Source of the DNA: Paraphysomonas bandaiensis
Taxonomy: Eukaryota; Protista; Chrysophyceae
NCBI GenBank assembly: GCA_965644295.1
Contig: CBFFRP010000133.1
Span: forward strand, 124,001 to 188,000
Reading direction: 5' to 3'
Length of the DNA stretch: 64,000 nt
The notes under the pieces are model-generated. The model did no database searches, was not told the origin of the DNA, and saw nothing but the letters and a program-made list of their open reading frames with translations. Position numbers and translations under genes: made by a program. Positions 35,592-48,100 of this stretch are shown here, one piece after another. Each line of letters opens with the position of its first letter. The stretch's first letter is position 1.

Positions 35592-36957
35592 ATGTCAACT
35601 GCTCGTCATGTTGTGGTCGTTGTGGGTTGCTCATTTGCTGGGCTCACTGCAGCTAAGCACCTCCGCAGGTACGCTCGTGTGATTGTTGTTGATCCGAGGA
35701 GCTATTTCGAGTATACACCGGGAGTTCTGCATGGCATGATCGGCTGTGGCACCCACCGTTTGTTTTACCCTTTAGCTTGTGCTCTAGGTAATTGTGACAT
35801 TATTCACGGGACTCTGATTGCGATTTGTCCTTCCTCGCATTATATTACTGTCAAACTAAACAACGATGAGGTGGTTGAGGTTACCTACGATGCAGTACTA
35901 TTGGCTTGTGGAGTACCGTATACTCATCCTATTCGCTCGGACACACATCACCTTACTTCTCGTATATTAGAGCTGCAGGAATGTTCTTCGACAGTCATCT
36001 CATCTCGGGATATTATTGTCATTGGTGGAGGATTGGTAGGCGTGGAACTTGCTGCAGAGCTTGCTTTCTGCAGTAGAGAAATGGGAAATTGCAAAGTCAT
36101 ACTATTGACAAGAAGTCATTCCCTGCTTTGCAGCTTACCACCAACTGCTGGTGTTCTGGCGGAGAAATGGTTATGGAAGCACGGAGTTGATGTGGTTTAC
36201 GGCGAAGGTGTAGAACGCATTGTTAGGTCAGATAGTGGCTATGCCGTACATACCAAGTCTGGACGAGAGATTTATGCAACACTGGCTCTCGACTGTACTG
36301 GCCGCTTCTTACCTAGCAGAGAGGGTGGCAATTTGCACCACACAAGTGTCGTCATACCTCTCTCTGGTATGCGAAATAATCGCGGAGCCATTCCAGTGGA
36401 TAAACACCTCCAGCCTGTATCACATCCTTCCATGGGAGTGTTTGTAGCAGGAGATATTGCGGAGTATCCTTGTTATCTTGAGAAAGGAGTCGGTTGTGTG
36501 AAAAATGCTTTTATTGCTGAGTCTCATGGAGAGCTGTGTGCTGCTAATATTCTGCGGCACTTACACGACCCAATGGAAGGGATGTTGAAGTTTCCTGAGG
36601 ACGTTATTTTCTCTCGGTCCGTACCATTGGTTGCTTGTGTGTCTTTAGGTTCGTTTTGTTTGGTTTTTTCTTCGCCTTTGATGCTAATGACGCTTCAAAC
36701 AGGTCCTCTGTGTGGAGTATTAGTATTTAATTCCATAGTTGTTGGTGGCAGCGGGGTTGTTGGAAGATTTGTTGCGACGGTTAAGTATTTAATTGAGGTA
36801 TCGATTATGGCAGAAGTTATGGAAAAACTATGGGCACGGTAGGAACAGCAATTGCTGCGATATATGGGTCTAATATGTATTACTCAGGGTAGTATGGTTT
36901 GTTGTGAGATACACACTGAAGATTTTTCATGCCCTGTGGATATATTTGTGTGCATAG
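35592..36957 (+). CDS. AIFM2/FSP1-like FAD-dependent pyridine nucleotide-disulfide oxidoreductase; 3 exons
   Basis: Motifs VVVVGCSFAG, VIGGGLVGVELAAE and VFVAGD. Introns at 36649-36702 (in-frame) and 36839-36887. Hydrophobic C-terminal tail. Confidence 0.85.
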
Positions 36958-37319
36958 GGTTGTTTCAATATGTGAACAATTAGAGGTTAAAAAGAAGTGC
37001 TACGACTTTATGTGTGCACACATATTCTTATGATATCTCCAAACGCACGTTTTCATCTGTTGGAAAATATTGTACATATTCACTTTTTTAAATTTGGAAC
37101 TATCAATTTTACATAGCATACGTACTCAGTCGATTGAATAGGAGAAATTTAGATTTCCCACGGACTTGATTTATAAGTAAATATATTAACACACTTGTGT
37201 AATCAGTTCGAACTTTACTTCATAACTCATAACATAGTTAGTCTTTATTCCTTCTATTACAACTATGGTTTCGGCATGGGATCTATTATTGGGCCTATAG
37301 TAAATTTTGTGTAATTTCT

Positions 37320-38105
37320 CGATCACACCAAAATTGGCGTAGTAGCCTAGTCTAATGAAAGTCTTAATATTAGCAATAGGCGTCAAGATCCATTACCAGA
37401 TAAGGAGCTAGATGAAGACTAGCAAGCTAGATCGACCTCTGCCTATAGCTAACTAGTACAAATTGTCATATCCTACTATGTAACGCTACAGAAGCTGTTT
37501 GTGCATCGCCGCAAGCACCAAGGTGTGACCACTTCCGTTCTTGTATGTGGGGGAGAAGCTCTCTATGAACGTGAGTCCTTGAAGTACAGAAGGGGTTAGT
37601 CAGGGGGACGCCCCTTTGAGTAGGGCACCGCAGGACTTTGTGGAGGAGGATTCTGTATTAGTAAGTCGAGTGTTTCTAATCTGAGATAAATGGGCGACAG
37701 AGTAGATTGGGACTCCGGTGTGTCTTGGAATGGTTCTGGCCGCGAGTTGGGTCTGGGGCAAAGAAGTAGCTAACGGAGTTGGCATCGTGGCTTCTCTGCT
37801 GTGAGGCGGTGGTGGTGAAAGAGGAAGTAGACCTCAGGAGCGCGAAACCTAGTCATTAAGTAGCTCATATTTTTAGTTTACAATGACTACTCGAGCGGTG
37901 GAGCCAATGCTGCTATAATTCTCTATTTCTGTTCCCTAACTTCGTTTTGGCCTGATCTATGCTGCATTGGTTTCACTTTTTACCTGCTGTCGGACTTCAT
38001 TATTGGCATTGATAGCTCTATGCGACTGTATTATTACTAGGGTTATAATTAAAATTAGCTAGGTTGAGTCATTCTTTTAAAAATTATTTAACTAGTTTTG
38101 ACATC
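37320..38105 (+). mobile_element. Decayed copy of MITE family M with an LTR-like family A fragment inserted in minus orientation (from 37356)
   Basis: TCACACCAAAATTGG..CCTAGTC at 37323 and the block 37845-38100 match 43128-43190 and 43430-43680. 37356-37540 is the reverse complement of 1-189. Confidence 0.7.
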
Positions 38106-39919
38106 TATGTTGTTGTCAGCTAATGTACAGCTAATTCAGTACGTAGTTTAGGACCATGAATTAATTGCAATTCGATTAATTGGGACTGCAAATAGTAATT
38201 GCACCTATAATTGACTACAACCTGCGACAAATGCGACGAACAACAAATGAGTGCGTCCATGTAGGCAAAAAGTAGGAAGTAGTATTAAATCAACTGGAGG
38301 ATAACTCGATAATCGTCTTTTTATTAACTGCGTGTGGCATCTTTTTAACCAATGTACCTAGGCATTCAAATTTAGTTTTATATAATATCTAACCACAGGT
38401 TATAAGGAGAGGCTATTATATATATATACATATATAATATACCCATATATATAGTCTCTAGGTTAAATTGAACACCTATTATATCTGGAATATGTAGCTG
38501 CTTTAGCTTGCTCTTCTTAGAGCAACAAATAACATGCGTTTCCTATTATATTTTATAACAATAACAGAACAAATGAAAAATCAAAGAAATGCTCAAGTCA
38601 AGGATATTATTTATAGATATTATAAGCTTCTTTGGAAATAAATGGCAACTATTATAATATACTTAATAGCTACAGCAATTATACTTCTACCGCTGAAGAA
38701 CGTTGAGGGAATAGCAATTGCGAGCTATTGGAATTTGTACATAAATTTGATGATGAATATAAAAAGATGTACGCTTAACCCCTGTTAGTGCTACTACATC
38801 GAATGCTGTGTGTATATTATGAGGCGCATATTCCTGATAAGCACGACGTGACCCAAGCCCGGAATGGTCCGGGCGCCGCTGTTCCGAGTCACCTTCAGCA
38901 TCAGATGTGGCATTTGAACTCTCCAGAAAAAGTTTTGAAGTGTTGTTCGAAAGTCCATCACTTCTACTGACATTTCTTAGACTTTCTACACCTGGCAAGA
39001 GTGGGGTATAATTTGAAGTGTTTGAAATATATTCAATGATTTCATTTTTGAAAGTTGATTCACATATTGTGGTTTCTCTAAGTAGTGCAATATATTAATA
39101 TCAACATTCAATTCATAAATAATAAGATAGAGGATCGTTTCTGTTCGAACCGAATTATGAAGTTTAATATCTATATTTGCCCGAAATTAATATGAGACGA
39201 AATGAGGATCATATATATATACTACTATAATATCATACACAAAAAAGGTCTTCCACACTCTCCACTCAAACTAAAATGGAAGTATTATACGTGGCTTTCT
39301 AGGGTCGAGAAGTTGTAGGCAAATTGTCTATAGACACACTGGAGTCGTGTTCAGGCTATTGCTCATGTGCGTGAACTCACTGTGGATGATTAAAAGTGGC
39401 GAAATATCTCATTCTTTTCAAATGAAGTTTACTTTGCTCTACATGTAAACCTTAACCCTGCTTTGTTGAACACAATGTTGTACTTTCCAGTAATAAATTA
39501 TAATTATTGATCTGAACACTTCACTACATATTCGTGTAACATCTGGTAAACATCTGTTCTCGGCAGCATCTGTTATCATATCATATCTTCACCAGTCAGT
39601 TCTATACCTTATATAATATCAAAGTTTGACATTATATATGAGAAGTATTAGCTTAGCAACAGAAGGTAAACTTATACTCAACGCTGAGAATTATAAATTA
39701 TAATCAATATCTCTTATCATTCGTCAATTTCATGTTGTCTCTACTACCACTCATTTCTCGTACGATGTTATTTCGTCACTACAACTTGCATCGTCACTAT
39801 AATATTCTGTTTTACCACTATATACTATATACTACTTATCGTCATTCATTCTCACAGTTCGATTAACAAGACTACAATTGTATACTATTGTAATTTAATT
39901 ACCATATAACTACAGTGTT

Positions 39920-40525
39920 GGAAATTGCTCATTCTTAACTAGATCTCAGAGAGAATTTGTCGCTAGACTAGATAGATTTATAAATATTGTTTACACGAAG
40001 TTGTGATAAAAAACACAAACTCATTTTGTTCCTTGCATAATCTCCTACATGTGTATTAGAATATGGATCTTATTCTAGTATATTCAGTATGTCACTTGAA
40101 GACAATGTACGAGAATACAGTGAAATATAGTGATAACAAATGCTGTGATGATATTGAGAAACTGAAATAGTTTGATCTTTCAAGATATGTTCAGTAACGA
40201 GAGGTTCGCATATGTAGGATATTATGCAGGGATTATAATGAGTTAGTGTTGGATATCACAACTTCGTGTAAACGATATTAGTAAATCTATCTAGTCTTAC
40301 GAGAAATTCTCTCTGTGATCTAGCTTAAAATGAGCAATTCTCAATAATGTGAACCTCTCGTTGCTAAACATATCTTGAAAGATCAAACTATTCGATTAGG
40401 GTTAGTTTCTCAATATTATCACAGCATTTGCACATCACTATATTTCACTGTATTCTCGTACATTGTCTTCATGTGACATACTGAATACTGAATATACTAG
40501 AATAAGATCCATATTCTAATATACA
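39920..40525. repeat. Interlaced inverted repeat P-Q-P'-Q'
   Basis: P (39920-40050) is reverse-complementary to 40211-40345. Q (40051-40211) is reverse-complementary to 40347-40525. Confidence 0.88.
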
Positions 40526-40867
40526 GCTTTCAATTGCTCTCATATAGCAGAACTCAACATTATATAGTCACACATCAGTAACTGAATTTAATTCCTTTGT
40601 AACTATAATCACCCGTTACACCTATGAGTTGACTTCACCTATTGCACACTATTAACTCACTTCAATTACACAATATATATCACATTATACTGCAGAACTC
40701 AACATTCTTTACCATCTCGCTGGATATGATTTTACTTTATATCGTAATTTACATATGGTGTCTACAAACTACTCGATCAGAGTTAGTACATTCGTGTTAT
40801 TGCCATCTCATTGTCAGTAACTAGAAATCAAGCGAAAGACACAATCTGGGTAATGTAAGTTGTTATA

Positions 40868-41829
40868 CTATTTCTGGACAACATCTTCAGCAGTCAGTGT
40901 CTCTTCTTGACATTCAAGGCTCTCTTCTTCTGCATGCGGGTTATATCCATGGATCACTGAAGGAATATCCTCCATGGACTCTATATCTGGTTCATATGTG
41001 CAAGTCCCACCCATGTCCTCCGGCACATATTCCGGATCAATGTATTGCAGTACACCCGACTGATACATCATAGGACACACTTTCTGACGGGTAACAGGAT
41101 CCAAGAACCATTGCACTACATTCCAAAGTCCATAAAAGACTATTCCACTCGGGTATATTACGACTCGGTGCACCCGCTCTGGGAAATTGTTCTGCATAGC
41201 ATGGCTAACATCACAGCCTGTATCAAACGCATACAGTCAGCGAACCTGCATCACAGCAGCTGTGCACTTAAGGAACTCAATATCTTGATTAGCTGCAGTC
41301 GCATTGGCTCTGTCAATTAAGATTGTACATTTGCTCTTGTCTTTGGGCATCGCAGCTAGTACCTTCACGTGATAATAACCATTCTGGAGAAAACGACATA
41401 GTTTCTTACCTGATTAAACCACCATAGCTGTTGTCTATTCAATTCCTCAAGATCTCGATTATTGGGGTCGTGTCTGGCAACTCGAGCAACAAAGAGTGGG
41501 TGACCCTCTTTATCAGTGCCATGTGCATAAAGAAACTTCCTTCTTAGAAGATTAATACACGACTCCTTTGAGGGCTTGGGGCATGATTCCCTCCACTGAA
41601 GATGCGCTTTGTACATGTCATGCGCCAAATCAAAATTATCATTACGTGCGATTATGAACCTGAACAATACTATGAGACATCATAGGCCTCTCGATGGTAG
41701 CGAACCCCACCTAGCCAGATCTTCGTCTCTGTGGCCGGGAAAAGCCTCCCGCATCCTCTGCAGAGTGGTAAGTGAAAACTTAGAGACATCAATGTCAGTA
41801 GAATCTATACGAGGAGGTGTGATACTCAT
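40868..41829 (-). CDS. CRAL-TRIO (Sec14-like) lipid-binding protein; 4 exons
   Basis: Motifs DLARFIIARN, HLQWR, GTDKEGHP, QNNFPERV, WFLDPVTRQKV and PEDMGG. Introns at 41660-41710, 41363-41409 and 41192-41245. Confidence 0.92.
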
Positions 41830-42263
41830 GATTGAAAGCAGAGCACGGTATTTTAACTTTATGAGACAGCTACACTGTTGGCAAAAGGTGCTGCATTTTG
41901 GAGCTCTGAAATTAATACACTCACTTGTCTAAATATCTAAATATCGATGCAACTCTTTTCTTGATTTTCAACCTATAAAACTCCTGATTTTGAAATTCGA
42001 CATTTCTACGATATTCTACACTGTATTAATACACTGTATAATATTCTATACTGGATACACTGCTCCGTATACTCCACAAAAAGCAAAAAGAAGACATTGT
42101 ATTCCGGTACTGTATATAAAGTGAATGGCTGATGTTGGAAAGTGTATGGAAAGAGAAGAATACACCTCATGTATATACTAATATAAGAGAATCCTTCCTT
42201 CAAAACGTATTATTAAACAATCGGGATTGGCCAGAGTGTCTATCGTTACTTATAAAGAAGAAA

Positions 42264-42744
42264 ATGGCCCCATTTGCGAGAATATTGGCCCAATTAATTA
42301 TTCAAGGAGGTTCGATATTAACGAGAGCAGTTTTCACCGCTTATCAACAAGCTTTACGAAGTGATATCAGTCGCCCACAATCATACGTGTTGTAAAGCAG
42401 TTATTTTTGTAGATGCCAAGGCTGGTGGAGGAGCGGCATCCACAGCCACTGCGGTAGTTAGAAGAAAAATGAACCCTGACGAAGCTATGAAAATATTAAA
42501 TATCGAAAAGGCAGCAGAAGGTGAAATTAGCAAAGTGAAAGTGAATGAGGTAGAGGTTTCCCTCTGGTATTGTTTGTCAAAATAATTTTTGTGTTTATTT
42601 TAGCAATATGAAAAGTATTACAAAGCCAATGATCCATCGAAGGGAGGCTCGTTTTACTTGCAGTCGAAAATATATAGAGCAAAAGAAGCACTTATTAAAG
42701 AAGCAATGGATGAAGCTTCAAAGACAAAAGGTCCGACCAAGTAG
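42264..42744 (+). CDS. PAM16: Mitochondrial import motor J-like subunit PAM16/TIM16; 3 exons
   Basis: Motifs RAVFTAYQQA, M..DEAMKILNI and ANDPSKGGSFYLQSKIYRAKE. Introns at 42361-42412 and 42550-42603. Confidence 0.93.
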
Positions 42745-43105
42745 GCGCACGAAGTTAATGTATATTGATGATAATAAGAATGACCGCATTTACCACTATG
42801 ATACTTGAATGTCATGAGACTGGGCCGTTCTGTTTATGATTATAAGCATATGAGTCTCCCGTAGATTGTTAATTTACGCCCATGTAATAAATTTGCAATG
42901 CTACAATGAATGACGAAATCATGTTTTGGTTTCAATTGATGCAAAGATAGCAGTACCTTCATGAGTGTCAGTATTTTATTCGAGGAGGCCAGTGTATATT
43001 CATCTTCAGCCATTAAACATTTAATTGTGATATCACACCTCCCGATCACCCCACCTGGTGATAATGACATTCAGAGTATATATCACTTGGGATCTATTTT
43101 TCGAC

Positions 43106-43716
43106 TTAGTCAATTTAGTGGAATTTCCTAGTCACACCAAAATTGGTGTAAAGACCTAGTCAAAAGGTACAAAAACCTAGTCATTAAATAATTAGATTTT
43201 GGTTTCCAAACCAGCTGTTTTCGTGTGTAGAGTGGTGTGTAAGAGGTTATAGCGTGTTGTTGTCATACTTGTGCCTTATAATTCATAGTTAAATAAGTGA
43301 TGCTGATAGACCCCCAGAGAGTAAGATTTCATCGATGTTTTGAAAGGTAACTGAAGGACATGCATAAAGATTGTGTTGAGAGAAAGAATGGTGTACCACC
43401 AGTCTAGCTACTTCAGCATTGGAGAGATCGATGGAGTCCTGCCTATGCTGCTATATACCGCTCTTTAGCTTTGTTTTGACCTGATGTATGTTGCATTGGT
43501 TCTATGTCACCTGCTATGACCTCATGCTTCTGTAATGCGTAGCTATATGCCTGTAATGTGTAGCTATAGGCCTGTAATGCGTAATGCGTAGCTATATGCG
43601 AGTACAATTCATGACTAGGTTTAATATTATAATTGGCTAGATTGAGTCATTTATTGCTTTGACTAGGTTTTTACACCGAAAATAGTATGACTAGGAAATT
43701 CAACCAAATTGACTAA
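43106..43716. mobile_element. MITE-like element (family M) with ~60-bp imperfect TIRs built from CCTAGTCA repeats; internal 21-bp tandem repeat
   Basis: TTAGTCAATTT.GT.GAATTTCCTAGTCA....GGTGTAAA.ACCTAGTCAAA is inverted at both ends. CTGTAATGCGTAGCTATATGC occurs ~3 times at 43530-43600. Confidence 0.8.
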
Positions 43717-44456
43717 TATATCTCATATCACTTTGACCATGCGCTACTAGTAAAACGCGAAATCTATATCCACCGTGACGTTAAGAACGCATCGTATTTA
43801 TAATTGATATATCATTTGTCATTTGCCGATATTCATCTACAACTTATGGGCCGGTACATCGTGCTTCTAAACTGGAGACAGCTGAATATCGAAAATGTAC
43901 TTAGTAATTAGTTCCTTAGATAAAGGCATTCAAGAAGATAACCATACATACTAAGATAAGTCTATATAACATATATAGCTAACTCCAAGGAATGAGTTCC
44001 CGTTCGTTCTTGACAAATACCATGCACCGCTTCATTATCTACGCACCACGGACTAAATTTGACCAACATAGAATTAGCTGGACAACATACCAGAACACTC
44101 ATATCACTGGACTTCGACATTAAGAAAATGTCCCGAATCGCCGGTCTCACTTCAAACCTGTAGTAATTCTCAACAAACAACTGTTCATCTCGAAATGATA
44201 TGTCCCAAGGGTTGGTGATTACAGTAAAAACATGTTCCTAGACTTGGCTCGAGGTACTTTCCCATCACACGACAGAAATTCAGGCAACCATTAATATCTG
44301 ATCGCTTGGTTGCAAATACTGACATTAATTATGTACGGTGCTAGAGTTATAATTCATTTCATGTATTATTGGCCTGCAGCTTTACTATTAGCGGAAATCA
44401 GTCTCTAGAAAGTGTAAATATTCACGGCATACATTACCCACATATATATATGTCAC

Positions 44457-44760
44457 CTGAGATGGTAGTCGCAGACACACATATAATTTGCTATCGATCA
44501 AACTAATGCGTATCTTCGCGTACTCAGTTTTATTTTCGAGGTCAGTGAGATTTGCCCTGTCCTGGCGTTCTGATACATCTGACAAATATAAACCTGGATC
44601 TCGGCTTGCCTATGTTTATTGATACACAGCTGAAGCCAGTCAGGATTCTACACATTTATAATCAAAGAGTACTGTTGCAGGTATTGAACCAACTACTTAA
44701 GCCTGCATTTTTTCTTGACTATAGATGCATCACTTCCACCCTTTTGGCGATCCATGACAC
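44457..44760 (-). pseudogene. Degenerate paralog of the tandem-PH gene at 33928-35047
   Basis: PGLYLSDVSE...AN.TD...ISLI.....CLRLPSQ|GT aligns with PGLYLRDIGE...AN.YD...LALI.....CLQLPSK|GT, including the donor position. Upstream IAKRVEVMHL* resembles LTQGVEMVHF but has a stop. Confidence 0.6.
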
Positions 44761-45169
44761 CCGTCTCTACAATATGATATCACACCAGCTGACAGTGGAT
44801 GTTAGAGTGGTTAGACAGATACGTTTACTGTGCCTATCATACTAACAAGCTTCATAAGGAAATGCTAGATAAACATTGCAATTCTTCGCTCTATCTTTCC
44901 GTCGTGTGGTATCCTTATATTATCACCCGGTTTGGAACTGTACATACATATATCTACATGGATAGATATGATACCGGACTGCTGTAGGTACACAGCCCTT
45001 GGCTTGCTGGCTGTATTGTCGTAATGTATACCATGTATTCCGCGGTATATACTGCTGTCAACACACTGCTCCGGATGGTTCAAATAGACCAGCTACATGA
45101 ACATATACACCTGTATGTGTATCGCGCTGTCTGTTCCAAGTACGGCACCCGTATGGTATAATCTCCCAG

Positions 45170-48100
45170 ATGAGGTCAGCTGGCAGGTATCTTGAGAGAG
45201 TTGTGGCGGAGAGTCTGGCGGAGTTCGTCGAGGAGTATGACTCCAGCACTGTGTCGGTAGAGTATGCGGAATTCTTCTGCCATGTCTCACTCATAGTAGG
45301 TGGGCATACTTCAAGGCAACGTTAATCTACGCAATCTGGTAGGGGTGTTTTGTATTTGATTGATGTTCTTTATATTCCACAGAGATTGAAGAGAAGAAAT
45401 CTATATCTTGCTGAAGGGTTGGAGTTGAGTATAGTGCACGGGTGTATCGGCTCTCTTGCAATCAGGATTCCATGGAGCCATTTACAGTCTGGCGACGTCA
45501 AAATCAGTGTTAATGAAGTTCATTTAGTTTGTAGAATTCCTTGCCTTGACTCGACAGCTTCCGCAACTGAGCTACGCACGCAGTTCCAAGATAAAATGGT
45601 AGGTAGGATACTATAATACGTATGCCTCGCTGATGTAGTGTAGCATGCAATTGAAAGAGAGGAGTGGGCTTATCTGGGCATTCCGTACACCCGCTCCGGT
45701 AATTTAGCTAGTAGAATCGTGGAATCGCTCAAGTCAACTTTCCTATCTAATCTGATGAATGGAGTTTCAATTTCTATTACGAGGTAATGCTTCATTTGTC
45801 ATGTGTACATCGTTTATGTAGCCTCTAGTGTGCAGATATCTCTTCTGTTGCCGCTTCCTCAAAGTCAAGAAGTGGCACACACCATTATTCGTATGAGTGA
45901 ATTTTCTGCACAAAGAAGTTTACCACATAGCTTGAGCAAGACAGACCATATCCCAGTGTTGAACAAGGAGTTTGACATTCGTAATATGAGCGTAGAGATA
46001 AGCCGTATCGCGGACGGTGGCGATATTTTGTCTTTTTATAAGTCCCTTGGAACAAATACTCTGTCGTCTTTAGTAATAAACCCTGCACACGTGATGGCCA
46101 CTCTTTCTGTGATGCAGGACACTAATGATGTCACCAGTCCCGACATGAATGTGTCTAAAATTAAGGCGAACATTAGAATCAATAACATTGAGTGCACCCC
46201 TAATATGTCACAGATTCTAGTAATGCGAGATAGCATTAGCAGCGTAATAATTGCCAGGCGGCGCTCTCGCTACTTGTCACTACGTCCTCGTTATCCTCCA
46301 TCGTCGAGTAATGGAAACGTTCGGGAGTGGTGGCAATACGCAGCAGCCGCGGTGATGATAGGTGCAAATGGAGGTAGTGCGATATGTGTAGGTCCTTGTG
46401 CTTGTAAAAACACTGAGAGAGAAGGGGGGTTCCAAGCACAGACAACCATGCGTAGTCGTTATATTTCCCTGTACCGACAAGCAATAGAATGTGCTCTTGA
46501 GTCTATATCTCAACCTGTTGCTTTTGCTGAAGCGCAGCAGCATGGTAGAGCATCTTCACCACCCTGGGCTCTCAGTAGAAGCGATAGTTTGGAGATGGAT
46601 GAGATGCACAAGGCTATTCCAAGTAGTAGTCTGCTAACGTATCGTCTAATGGTTCACCAGGGTCTTCGCAATGCTGGAATGACCGAGCATGACTTAAAGG
46701 CATGTGTTTCGTACTCAGCATCACCGTCCACCTCGTTGTGGACATCTTTGTATAGGCGGCTGGTCTCTGTTATAAGCAAACCGGGATCATCCCAGCCAGG
46801 TGTGAGCTGAACACAATGAAGTGCAATAACACATTTGACTTTATTTGGTTTGTGTAGATGATATTGATGCTCAAATTCTTGGACTATTTAAAGAAATAAA
46901 AGATAAGACAACCGACCCAAAGAAGTATAACAGAGTCATGCTTGACTTGTCGCTAACGATTCCACGCTTGGCTCTCGCACTTCACGACACACTCACTCAA
47001 TACGATCACAGTCGTAGTGGTAACGGTAGGGAATCTATCCAATCTGCTGCGACCATTGTGTTGTATGGAATGCAAAGTTCGTATCAACGCGGAGAGCTTG
47101 TACATGACGGGGTCCTCAGTGTTCGTTTGGGTTCCGTACGACTCTTTGGTGAAAGTGGTGTTGAGTTGTTTTCATGTGGTTTGCATACAGATCGTTGGCT
47201 TAACAATTATGAAGTGCAGTGTGCACTGGCTCGAGATTTAGCTCTGTCCCTGCAGCTACAGTGGTATGTTATTAACCGGCATGGTTTCTTCGGAGAGCGT
47301 GGTGCCTCCAGCAAAATACTCACTGAATTGAATGCTACGTCAATCGAAAAGCTCACCTACGGTAACAAACGTCACATTGTATTAGAAGCATCAGTAGCAA
47401 CACTGAGAATTAATTGGCATAAGCGCTCACTTCTATTTTTTCTTCGGAAGTATGCAGAATACACAGAGTCCATGCCTTTAAATGTTTGTATCTCCAAAAA
47501 TACATTTTTGCAGAAACTGAAAGAAGGTAACCCTCTAATGGAAATACGACGCAAATGTGCACAGTGCTCAATAAATAAATCTATAGTTGATGACTCCGAT
47601 TGTTGTCTTGAAACGATCAAGTGGAGTGTGGGCTTCGCACTGCAGGGAGTAGTTATCAGTGTGCCTTTAAATTGCACTGATTTGGATGACCACTGGATTG
47701 AAGATTGTAATCGACTTCAATTATCATGTGAAGCTATTCATGGTCAGTGTGGAGATTTTTTAGCAAATTTGGACACCTCTGGTGTGTCGGAGGACTCCCC
47801 TGCTGTATCCAGACCTATATGGCTGCATGTAGAACAAGTGATATCATTGAGCTTGGCAAGTATGGGTCCCATTGTAAGACCCGTGGTAGTATCTGTTAAG
47901 AATGTAGATTTATCGATTTTGGAGAATGCCAGGGAAGTGAAGATTACGAAAGCACCATTCAGCTGCAAATATGTTTTGTCGTCGAGTGCGTTTCCTGGAC
48001 ATCACAGCACACCGGACCTTCAAGTAGATATATATGGTTCTCCACTTGAAATAGTTTTTTCTATACAGGTATGCATCAACTGACCGCCATACTACCATTG

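Noticed and set aside
38687-38998. 103-aa minus-strand ORF
   Set aside because: It lacks an ATG start and recognisable domain, and lies in a repeat-rich spacer.
43530-43600. Short direct repeats that might suggest a CRISPR array
   Set aside because: These are head-to-tail 21-bp units with no spacers, inside a MITE in a eukaryotic genome.
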